In this document: positions 49,863-58,183 of the stretch, piece by piece
Layout of the letters: each line of letters opens with the position of its first letter
Numbering within the stretch: the stretch's first letter is position 1
From: an uncultured Acidobacteriota bacterium
Lineage (GTDB): Bacteria > Acidobacteriota > Terriglobia > UBA7540
NCBI GenBank assembly: GCA_963719115.1
Contig: CAVRBF010000028.1
Location: 5,633-69,632, forward strand
Direction of reading: 5' to 3'
Length of the DNA: 64,000 nucleotides
Made by a program: the position numbers and the translations under genes
The notes under the pieces: generated by a model
The model's database searches: none
Told to the model about the DNA's origin: nothing
What the model saw: only the letters and a program-made list of their open reading frames with translations

Positions 49863-50906
49863 ATGCGGCCCGAACAATGGAAGCAATTTAAGGCAGCAGC
49901 AAAACTACAGCACACGGACGGCGTGCCTCTGGCGCTGATCATCGACAGTCCCTGGCTGCCGGGATATCTGGGCATCAAGCATGTCGATTATTACTTCGAT
50001 CCGGAGGTTTGGTTTCAATCCAACCTTCGCATCGAGCAGGAGTTTCCAGAAGTCACCGTCTTCCCGTCGTGGTGGGTGGAGTACGGCATGGCGATTGAGC
50101 CTTCCGCCACGGGCGGCAGGGTACGGTTCGCGGCGGACCAGACTCCGTCCGAACTGCCAACACTGTTTCATCTGGAAGACTTGGACCAGTTCGCGGAACT
50201 CGATCCGCAAAGCGACGGCCTGATGCCCGTAGCTCTGCGGCAATACCGAACCCAGAAGGAGCGCATTTTTGCCGCGGGTTACACCATTCCCGCGGTGGCG
50301 GCGCGCGGCCCGCTGGCGCTGGCAGTGTTCCTGCGCGGCCTGACTCCGTTCATGATGGACCTTGTTGACAACGCCGCCGGCGTGCACAAGCTCTTGGCCT
50401 ACACCACCAACGCCACGGTCCAGTGGCTGAAAGCGCAGGCGCAGGCGGTGGGCGACAGCGTGGAAGGCGTTCTGGTCCTTGATGACATCGTCGGCTTTCT
50501 TTCCCGCAAGCACTACCTGGAGTTCGCTCATCCCTACTTGCAACAGGTCTTTGCCAGCTTTCCCACCGATTGGGTAAAGGTGTACCACAACGACGCCCGC
50601 GTCGATCCGTTTCTGGAAGATCTGGCCCAAGCGGGATTCGATGTCTTGAACTGGACCCACAAGCTCGATTTTGAGGACGCGCGCCGTCGAACGGGAGGGA
50701 AGATCTGTCTGATGGGAAACGTCCCGCCGCTCGACGTGGGCGTGCGGGGTACACCTGAGGATGTCAAGGCGGCGACGCTCAGCCTGCTGCGCCGCGTGGG
50801 CAGGGAAGGCGTCGTCGCTTCCCTGGGCGGCGGGGTGAGCCCGGGAATGCCTGGCGAGAATATCCGTGCGATGGCAGAGGCGGTCAGGGAATTCAATTCG
50901 CTTTAG
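49863..50906 (+). CDS. Uroporphyrinogen-decarboxylase (URO-D) family protein, non-zinc type
   Basis: URO-D-fold length and layout from the ATG at 49863. At the position where MT2 enzymes have H-x-C it has YHNDA, and it has GGGVSPG instead of the distal Cys. Confidence 0.6.
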   Translation: MRPEQWKQFKAAAKLQHTDGVPLALIIDSPWLPGYLGIKHVDYYFDPEVWFQSNLRIEQEFPEVTVFPSWWVEYGMAIEPSATGGRVRFAADQTPSELPTLFHLEDLDQFAELDPQSDGLMPVALRQYRTQKERIFAAGYTIPAVAARGPLALAVFLRGLTPFMMDLVDNAAGVHKLLAYTTNATVQWLKAQAQAVGDSVEGVLVLDDIVGFLSRKHYLEFAHPYLQQVFASFPTDWVKVYHNDARVDPFLEDLAQAGFDVLNWTHKLDFEDARRRTGGKICLMGNVPPLDVGVRGTPEDVKAATLSLLRRVGREGVVASLGGGVSPGMPGENIRAMAEAVREFNSL

Positions 50907-50932
50907 GTTTTAAGCGGTCGGAGCGATACCGC

Positions 50933-51265
50933 TCATTTCGCGAGTGACACCACGCAGCCGCCTGCGACAATCAGAAGTCCCCCGATCAGGATCATGGGTG
51001 TGGGCTTCCGATCGAAGGCGAGCCACGAAACCGCTTGTGCCACGACAAAGAAGAAGACCACATATACTCCCAAGAGCCGTCCGAAGTTCCAGGGTGGAGA
51101 GTTGACTGCGCACGCGTACAGAGTCAGCACCAAACCTCCAAGCACGACGAATATCACCGTACGCGAGTGGGTCGCGTTGCGCATACCCATTCGCACCAAC
51201 GCATCCCCGCCGGCTTCCAGGCAGGCCGCGCAGAACAACACCACCATGGCCACGCTGTATCGCAA
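50933..51265 (-). CDS. ynfA: YnfA/UPF0060-family small membrane protein
   Basis: 110 aa with four TM segments. FCAACLEAGGDALVRMGM... and ...GGLLIVAGGCVVSLAK resemble YnfA. Confidence 0.7.
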   Translation of the reverse strand: MRYSVAMVVLFCAACLEAGGDALVRMGMRNATHSRTVIFVVLGGLVLTLYACAVNSPPWNFGRLLGVYVVFFFVVAQAVSWLAFDRKPTPMILIGGLLIVAGGCVVSLAK

Positions 51266-51488
51266 ATAGTTCCCCTTTGAGTGTTTGCCCCTTCCACATA
51301 GACATTATACCTTGCGCAAGCCTGCCTTGTGGCGCTGGGCACCCGAATCTTCTCCTTTCATCTCGTCAGACTTTTTCAGTAAACTGCTAAATGGGGCGAG
51401 GACAGGTTGAGCGGCTGCGCGTGTGCGGCGTCGGCTCCTCTGAGACCTTCAGAAATCTTCATACTTCACCGGTGGGGTGTTATCCAAT

Positions 51489-52706
51489 ATGAAAATTCCG
51501 GGGCTTGCGCGGCTGGCGTGGGTTGGCGCGGCGGCGTTCTTGGTGGTGTTGGGAATAAGGGTGGAGGTGGCCAGGGGGACTGGTGTGGAACTGGTAACAG
51601 ATCTTGCCAGGCCTTTGCCGGGAATGCCTCCGGTGCTGGACCCGCACGACATCTATTCCGCCGACGCGCCCGGCCGGATGAGCCCGGTGGTGAAGCATTA
51701 TCCCTCGCGCATCTACGTGCCCAACACCGTCAGCAACACGGTGGACGTGATCAATCCGGCTACGTACAAGGTCATTGGACATTTCGCGGTGGGTCGCCAG
51801 CCGCAGCACGTTACGCCGTCCTACGACCTCAAGACTCTGTGGGTGCTCAACGACTTGAACGACACGGAAACCAAAATCGACCCTGCCACCGGGAAAAAAG
51901 GCAAGACCATTCACGTACTGGATCCTTACAACATGTACTATACGCCCGACGGCAAGTTTGCCATTGTCGTCGCGGAACGCTTGAAGCAGCTCAATTTTCT
52001 CAATCCCCAAACGATGAAGCTCAAACACGCTCTGAGTGTGCCCTGCCGGGGCATCGATCATATGGACTTTTCCGCCGACGGCCGCTACCTGATTGCGAGT
52101 TGCGAATTCTCCGGGTCGATGCTGAAGGTTGATGTGGCGAAGCAAAGCGTTCTCGGAGAACTGGAACTGCCGCACAGGGGGACGTCGGAGGGCATGAAGC
52201 ACCACCTCGACGCAGAATATATCAAGGAAGGTGTCGTGGAGGGCCAGGGAATGCCGCAAGACGTCAAGCTCTCGCCGGACGGCAAGATCTTCTACGTGGC
52301 GGACATGGCTGCTGATGGCGTGTACGAGATCGATGGTGACGCCTTTAAGGTGATCGGATTCATCCCCACCGGCAAGGGCGCCCACGGCCTTTACACCAGC
52401 CGCGACTCGCGCGTGCTCTATGTTTCCAACCGCGGCGAAGGGAGCGTCTCACTGATCAGCTTTGCCGATCGCCGCGTGGTGGCGAAATGGGAGATTCCCG
52501 GCGGTGGCACCCCGGACATGGGCGGTGTTTCCGCCGACGGCAAGGTTCTGTGGCTGTCGGGCCGCTATAACTCGGAGGTCTACGCCTTCGATACCGCCGA
52601 CGGCAAATTGCTGGCCCGCATTAAGGTGGGAAAAGGTCCGCACGGCTTGTGCGTCTACCCGCAGCCCGGCCGCTATTCCCTCGGGCATACCGGCATTTTT
52701 CGGTAA
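51489..52706 (+). CDS. YVTN-family beta-propeller repeat protein (exported)
   Basis: MKIPGLARLAWVGAAAFLVVLG leader. It carries repeated ~40-residue units (IYVPNTVSNTVDVINPATYKVIGHFAVGRQPQHV..., LYVSNRGEGSVSLISFADRRVVAKWEIPGGG...). Confidence 0.7.
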   Translation: MKIPGLARLAWVGAAAFLVVLGIRVEVARGTGVELVTDLARPLPGMPPVLDPHDIYSADAPGRMSPVVKHYPSRIYVPNTVSNTVDVINPATYKVIGHFAVGRQPQHVTPSYDLKTLWVLNDLNDTETKIDPATGKKGKTIHVLDPYNMYYTPDGKFAIVVAERLKQLNFLNPQTMKLKHALSVPCRGIDHMDFSADGRYLIASCEFSGSMLKVDVAKQSVLGELELPHRGTSEGMKHHLDAEYIKEGVVEGQGMPQDVKLSPDGKIFYVADMAADGVYEIDGDAFKVIGFIPTGKGAHGLYTSRDSRVLYVSNRGEGSVSLISFADRRVVAKWEIPGGGTPDMGGVSADGKVLWLSGRYNSEVYAFDTADGKLLARIKVGKGPHGLCVYPQPGRYSLGHTGIFR

Positions 52707-52794
52707 CCCCGAAGCGCCGGCCGCTTGAATCGTGCAACGATGTGGCGGCATCTCATGGGAGGTAGGGAAACAAAACGTCCAGAGGTGGAAAACC

Positions 52795-53409
52795 ATGGCA
52801 GAAGCTCAGCAAGTTTCGCAGTCGCATCACATCCACGACGAATCACTGAAGCAGCTTTTTCACGAGGGTCGCACGTTTGCCTCGTGGCACTCCAAACCTA
52901 TTCCCACGGAGACGCTGCGGAAAGTTTATGAGTTGGCGAGTCTGGGTCCGACCAGCGCGAACTCCAGCCCCGCGCGCTTCGTGTTCATTGAGAGCGAAGT
53001 CGCCAAGGCGCGACTTCTTCCCGCCCTTGCACCTGGTAATGTGGAAAAGACCAAGGCGGCGCCGGTCACCGTGATCGTTGCCTGGGACACGGAATTCTAC
53101 GAGAAGCTTCCCCACCTATTCCCGCAAGCCGATATGCGTTCCTATTTTGTGGGGAAGCCGGCCTTTATTGATGAGAACGCCCTCCGCAATAGCTCTCTGC
53201 AAGGCGGCTACTTCATCATGGCCGCGCGCGCCCTGGGATTGGATTGCGGCCCCATGTCCGGCTTTGACGCCGCGAAAGTGAATGAGGAGTTCTTCCCCGA
53301 CGGGAAATGGAAAGCGAATTTCCTCTGCAACCTCGGTTACGGCGATCGCAGCAAACTGCATCCCCGCAATCCGCGGTTAAAGTTTGAAGAGGCATGCACG
53401 GTGCTCTAA
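52795..53409 (+). CDS. Nitroreductase-family protein (RutE/YdjA-like)
   Basis: From the ATG at 52795: [18 protein letters not shown]..., [21 protein letters not shown]..., LCNLGYGD...[12 protein letters not shown]. Confidence 0.75.
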   Translation: MAEAQQVSQSHHIHDESLKQLFHEGRTFASWHSKPIPTETLRKVYELASLGPTSANSSPARFVFIESEVAKARLLPALAPGNVEKTKAAPVTVIVAWDTEFYEKLPHLFPQADMRSYFVGKPAFIDENALRNSSLQGGYFIMAARALGLDCGPMSGFDAAKVNEEFFPDGKWKANFLCNLGYGDRSKLHPRNPRLKFEEACTVL

Positions 53410-53494
53410 GAGCGGGCAAGGTCCCCGTGCTGGGCCGGAACGAAGTATGACCGTAAATCGTCCTGCTCGGTGGGGACAAGCCGGGGTTGGCATC

Positions 53495-54067
53495 TCACGA
53501 TTTCCTCGCATAGTAGGCAAAACCGGCAAGAGCACACGCCAGAGTGAAGAGCAGGACGTAGGATGCCAGGTTCGCCCGGTACACGCCGAGGCGAACTTGC
53601 GCGGCGTCGGCGTTCTTCCATATTCGGCGACACACGCGCCTTTCGATCCACACCGAAAGGTAGAAGCACGGTATGAGCAACACGGCCAGGCTGACTGCAA
53701 TTACCCATATATTGTTGTCCCCTTGATCTTCGATCCACGCACTGCTCATGATGATGGCGACCACGTCGAACAGCGGCCCTTTGGGATTCCAATTGAACTT
53801 GTCTGCAACGAGCGCCATGGGAAGCCCGACTGCCATCTGCGCGGCAAACATGACCAGCCACGCCAAGGGAACGCCTACCGCAGTCGAGACGGCGTTGGCA
53901 GCAGCGATCCCTTTGAACGCCTCCCGCTCCGACAGGGGTACCCAGCGTCGAATCAGCAAGGCTTCCACAACAATGACCGGGACTAGCGCCAGAATCATCA
54001 GTGGCCACGCGATGATAATCATCGGTAAGCCAACGTCCGCGAGCGCGATGACATGAGCGGCGGGCAT
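53495..54067 (-). CDS. Hypothetical integral membrane protein
   Basis: 190 aa with several hydrophobic helices and no recognisable motif. Confidence 0.4.
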   Translation of the reverse strand: MPAAHVIALADVGLPMIIIAWPLMILALVPVIVVEALLIRRWVPLSEREAFKGIAAANAVSTAVGVPLAWLVMFAAQMAVGLPMALVADKFNWNPKGPLFDVVAIIMSSAWIEDQGDNNIWVIAVSLAVLLIPCFYLSVWIERRVCRRIWKNADAAQVRLGVYRANLASYVLLFTLACALAGFAYYARKS

Positions 54068-54133
54068 GAACGTCCTGATGAACCTGAAGGAGCACTTCTT
54101 GGCAATGATACCATCAATGGCAAATGAGACCGC

Positions 54134-56227
54134 TTATTGCCGCTTCACCCAGATCGGACTGGACCACGCCATGGCCACGCGGGTTCGCACCATGCGGACT
54201 TGCCGCAGGCGCAGATAGTAGATCGAATCTTCCTTGAACTCCGCGTCGGTGCCCGCCCAGTGGAAATCCGCGTCATCGGGAAAGAGCTTGTGGATCACCA
54301 TGAATGTCCCGTCCGATTTTCCAAAGCGCAGAATCTCGATAAACTCGATGGCGTCGGTGCCGTGTACCTCCACCTCAAGCTTCGGCGGACCTGAAGCCAT
54401 GACCCTTCCTCCCATGGGCTCGCCGTTGATGGTGAAGTCCAACAGGATCTTGACCCCCGTTGTGCCGTAGGTGCGGCGATGATAGAGCCCGTCGAAAATC
54501 TCCTCGCGCGTCAAGCCCGTTGCCGCCACGGCGGTTCTGCCGAAATGCGGCTGGCCCGGGTGTGCGCGATGGTCGTCGCTGGCCGCCACGGTGCTCAGTT
54601 CAAGGCCCTGCATCCAGGCGTCCTGCACAAATTGCGGGCCGGTGACGGATCGGCTGGCTTCGGTGAAAAGGCTGCGCTCAAAGGACAGCGGGCCGCGGGG
54701 ATCGTATGCCTCGCTCAGGCCGTGGGCGGAGTAAATCTCGATATTCCGATCGATCTCGTCGTTGTGGGGAAACCAGAAAATCGGGCGGGGGAATTTGCCG
54801 GTGTGATGAGGGATGGTCAACGCTTCGCCGGCGGTCAACGCGGCCCAGAGTTCCGGCAGAGTCACGTCATCTTCGGCCAGCAACGGTCCGGGTTTGCTGC
54901 GGAAGAACACGTTGTGATGGCCGTACGGCGCGCCGAAGGAGCATTCGTAGGCGTGGATGGTGGCGAACTTTCCCGGTTCATAGAACCTGTCGGTCTTGGC
55001 CGTGTACTCCTCCCAAACGTGCGGGCCCAGGCCCTGCGTATAGCGTCCCATGTTGGGATTGCTGTGGTCCGTCATGGCGTAGAAATCGAGTCCGGAGACG
55101 TGCCGCGCGTAGAGGAAATTGTCGTGGCCCACGCCGTCCCAACTGTAATGCGTATGCGAGTGCAGTTCGCCCCAGTAGGTTTTCAGTTTGGGCTCGGTTT
55201 CGTGCACGCGCATCGGATTGCTGAACGCGCGCGTGCCGGTTTGTTCCGGTGCGACTTCGCCGAACGCCGCTTCGCGCTGCGCAATCGGCCGGGGCTTGTC
55301 CATGTTCACTTCGTGAATCACTCGCGCTTCGAGGCGCAGAATCCCCGTCGAGGTCGGCACGAACGGAACACTCATCCACCCGTCACTCGCTTGAAAGCGC
55401 ACGCTGGCAGGCACTTTGGCGGCACCCTTGGTGACGCGCAACTCTACCTCGCCATCGAACGGCGCGGGATTGGCGTTGGCATCGACTGCCGCCAGACCCA
55501 GTTCCGCCGGCTTGTCCTTGATGAGCGTCGCTGGTCCCCAGACCATCAGTTCCACTGGCGGCCCGGCGTGCGACACCAGCGTGGGCCGGTTCGGATGCAT
55601 GCGGAATGTGCCCGTGCCGGCGGAATCCACCGCCAGCATCAGCGCCTCGGGCTGAGTGCGAATCACCGCGGCGCGCATGCCCTTGCTGCCGCCGCTGGCG
55701 TCGCCATAAATCACCGTAAGCGTGTCGCCCTCGTGCAGTTCTCCCTCCGTAACCCAGACGCGGACGACGTAGATATAGCGCTCGTAGCGGCCGTCGAGGC
55801 CATGACGCGCGTTCTTGACCAGCGACTCGCCCGCCGGTGGCTCATCTTCCACCCACGTCCGCAGCTTCACTCCCGCCCGCGAGCACCGCGCGTTGATGCA
55901 GTTCTCGCCGCGCGGGTCGGACGATTGCAGGCGATTGGCGGAGTTGCGAATGCCTGCATGCCACGAGTCGGGCAACTGTACGCGTACGCCGCCGTGTTGG
56001 CGAATGCCGTTTGGGCCCACGCGATAGGTCACGCTCCAGGTGCCGAATTCTCCCGCCACGCCCTCTGCGGGTTCTACCGTCACCGCGCCGCCCGAGGTGT
56101 CGGGTTCCAACGTTGCGTGGTCGACCGGCCCCTCGTTGGCTGCGGCCTCAGAATTCGCTGGCGGGACGGCGAGCGCGCCCATCGTCCCGGCGCTGAGTTG
56201 GAAGAACTTTCGTCGCGAGTGCTTCAC
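54134..56227 (-). CDS. TAT-exported DUF3604-family (PHP-like metal-dependent) protein
   Basis: GGGAGGT RBS followed by GTG at 56227. MKHSRRKFFQLSAGTMGALAV twin-arginine signal and the DUF3604 core YWGELHSHTHYSWDGVGHD...FYAMTDHSN. Confidence 0.75.
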   Translation of the reverse strand: MKHSRRKFFQLSAGTMGALAVPPANSEAAANEGPVDHATLEPDTSGGAVTVEPAEGVAGEFGTWSVTYRVGPNGIRQHGGVRVQLPDSWHAGIRNSANRLQSSDPRGENCINARCSRAGVKLRTWVEDEPPAGESLVKNARHGLDGRYERYIYVVRVWVTEGELHEGDTLTVIYGDASGGSKGMRAAVIRTQPEALMLAVDSAGTGTFRMHPNRPTLVSHAGPPVELMVWGPATLIKDKPAELGLAAVDANANPAPFDGEVELRVTKGAAKVPASVRFQASDGWMSVPFVPTSTGILRLEARVIHEVNMDKPRPIAQREAAFGEVAPEQTGTRAFSNPMRVHETEPKLKTYWGELHSHTHYSWDGVGHDNFLYARHVSGLDFYAMTDHSNPNMGRYTQGLGPHVWEEYTAKTDRFYEPGKFATIHAYECSFGAPYGHHNVFFRSKPGPLLAEDDVTLPELWAALTAGEALTIPHHTGKFPRPIFWFPHNDEIDRNIEIYSAHGLSEAYDPRGPLSFERSLFTEASRSVTGPQFVQDAWMQGLELSTVAASDDHRAHPGQPHFGRTAVAATGLTREEIFDGLYHRRTYGTTGVKILLDFTINGEPMGGRVMASGPPKLEVEVHGTDAIEFIEILRFGKSDGTFMVIHKLFPDDADFHWAGTDAEFKEDSIYYLRLRQVRMVRTRVAMAWSSPIWVKRQ

Positions 56228-56473
56228 ATTACCTCCCGATGCAGAGTTTCCACAATGTTCGTGCGTGCAGATTGGAAAAGGCGCTTGCCAAGGCGTTCAC
56301 CCAAACGCCAATCCGCATGGCCTTGATGTCTGCGCCGCTGTATTGCCGTGATCAAGCCGGAATCGGGATTCTCACACAGAGTTGGGCCAGTCCGCAATCG
56401 CTCGTTCGCATTCGCTAGGCAGCGACTGCCGACGGGCGGCGATTTGTCCCACATCTCTAGGCTCATTTTCCGC

Positions 56474-56502
56474 TTGACACGAGGCTATTTATATGGTATA
56501 TG
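56474..56502 (+). promoter_or_regulatory. Candidate sigma-70 promoter about 560 nt upstream of the next plus-strand gene
   Basis: TTGACA (56474-56479), a 17-nt spacer, then TATATG (56497-56502). This is the same architecture as the groES and receptor promoters in this window. Confidence 0.35.
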
Positions 56503-57068
56503 AAGAGACGACGGCGGCATCGGGGGTTCGATGCCGCTGCGGTTACTGCCTATGAGAAGTTCCACCTTCCGCCCCATGGGCGGCGCACGAAGACTCCAAA
56601 AACAACAAAATGTCATTCGCGGGGATGGGTTCGGGGAAAAAAGATGTTAGTTTTCGACGACCGAAGCTTAGATGTGTATGAAAACACAGGAACTAGTGAC
56701 AATATGTCATCGAAAAAGGGGGACATTTTCAGCAATTCGGGACCTGGTTGATGTGCATTTTGGTGATTCATGTACGATTTGTGCAGACAAAAACGCCTTG
56801 GCAAGAGCCATTTGAGGTGAAATTGCGTTTCGAACCCGCTGCAACACGTCTTTCGCGCCCGCGATCATCCGGTGCCACATCGTCGGCGCGGAGAGTTTGG
56901 GTCAATATCGGTGGCGCACGAAGTCAGCGCGTCATGTGATCGTCACCATGGTCAAACTGCCCGAGTCCTCACAGCCGATGATAGCGGCGATGAATCGCGA
57001 ATTGGCACTTTGGTTGCTCACATCACTAGATTGGCATACAGCCGTAGAAATTAGCTCGGAGGAATTTC

Positions 57069-58121
57069 ATGCGTTCGCTTGAGAGAGTCCGCGCGCTCGT
57101 CGCCGGTCAACCGGTCAACCACCTTCCCGTTCAGCCTGTCGTGATGATGTTTGCCGCCAAGCACCTGGGCATTCCCTTCATTGACTATACCCGCGACGGA
57201 ACCAAGATGGCCGCCGCGCAGAGCAAGTTGGTGCACGACTTTGGCATCGATTGCCTGCTCACCTGTTCCGACCCGGCGCGCGAGGTGATCGACATTGCGG
57301 GGGAGGGAAGCATCGGCTGGTATCAGGATCAGGGGCCGGCGATTCGCGAGGAACGCGCCGCCCTGCTCGAGAAATCGCGCCTTAAGACCTTCCGCATCCC
57401 CGACCCGTTGGGCGGCGGCCGCATGCACGACCGCATCAAAGGGATTGAGGTGATGCACCAGGAGTTCGGCGGCGAAGTTTCGATTGTCGGGTGGGTGGAA
57501 GGCCCTTTGGCGTTGGGTGCCGAACTGCGCGGCCTGTCTCGCGCCATGACGGACTTTATTGACGATCCCGCCTTCATGAACGACCTGCTTGATTTCACGG
57601 CGGAAGTGGCCATGGCCTATGCCCCGGCGCAGATTGAGCACGGCGCCGACACCATTGGTATGAGCGACGCCGCCGCCAGCATGATGGGTCCGGATCGCTA
57701 CCGCGAGTTTCTGTTCCCGCGGCAGTTGCGTGTGGTGGAGTCGATTCGCAAGGCTTACCCGGAGGTCATTATCCGCCTGCACATGTGCGGAAACACTGAC
57801 GCCTTGATCCCCCAGATGAGGCAATTGCCTGTGCATATCTTCGAGCTGGACTCACCCACCAACCTGGCCGCGGCGCGGGCCATTCTGGGACCGGACCGTG
57901 TGATTCTGGGCAACGTGTCGACCATTACCGACATGCTGGAGGGCAGCCCCGATCACGTCTATGCGGCCAGCGCGCGATGCCATCGGACCTGCGGGAAGTC
58001 CCACATCGTGGGCACGGGCTGCGAAGTACCGCCCACAACGCCGTCCGAAAACCTGCACGCCATGGTCCGCTACTCGCGCGAGCACCGTCCGGAGGAGTTT
58101 GCGTCTGTCGCGGCGGCGTGA
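57069..58121 (+). CDS. URO-D-family protein with MT2 (MtaA/MtbA-like) zinc motif
   Basis: GGAGG RBS before the ATG at 57069. It has HMCGN and, 78 residues later, GTGCEVP, which is the H-x-C...C pattern of methylcobamide:thiol methyltransferases. Confidence 0.65.
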   Translation: MRSLERVRALVAGQPVNHLPVQPVVMMFAAKHLGIPFIDYTRDGTKMAAAQSKLVHDFGIDCLLTCSDPAREVIDIAGEGSIGWYQDQGPAIREERAALLEKSRLKTFRIPDPLGGGRMHDRIKGIEVMHQEFGGEVSIVGWVEGPLALGAELRGLSRAMTDFIDDPAFMNDLLDFTAEVAMAYAPAQIEHGADTIGMSDAAASMMGPDRYREFLFPRQLRVVESIRKAYPEVIIRLHMCGNTDALIPQMRQLPVHIFELDSPTNLAAARAILGPDRVILGNVSTITDMLEGSPDHVYAASARCHRTCGKSHIVGTGCEVPPTTPSENLHAMVRYSREHRPEEFASVAAA

Positions 58122-58183
58122 GCGGCGACTCGGCGCCCATCCGCACATCCAATCTTGGTAACGAAGGCCACAGAGTGTTCCCC

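Noticed and set aside
56800-56940. Cobalamin riboswitch upstream of the MT2-like gene. Partial resemblances were GGTGAAATTGCG, CCCGCTGCAAC, GCCACAT and GAAGTCAGCG.
   Set aside because: The conserved GCCACTG, GGGAAGGC and B12-box (AGYCMGGAGACCKGCC) elements are not actually present. The matches are too fragmentary to support a call without a covariance-model search.
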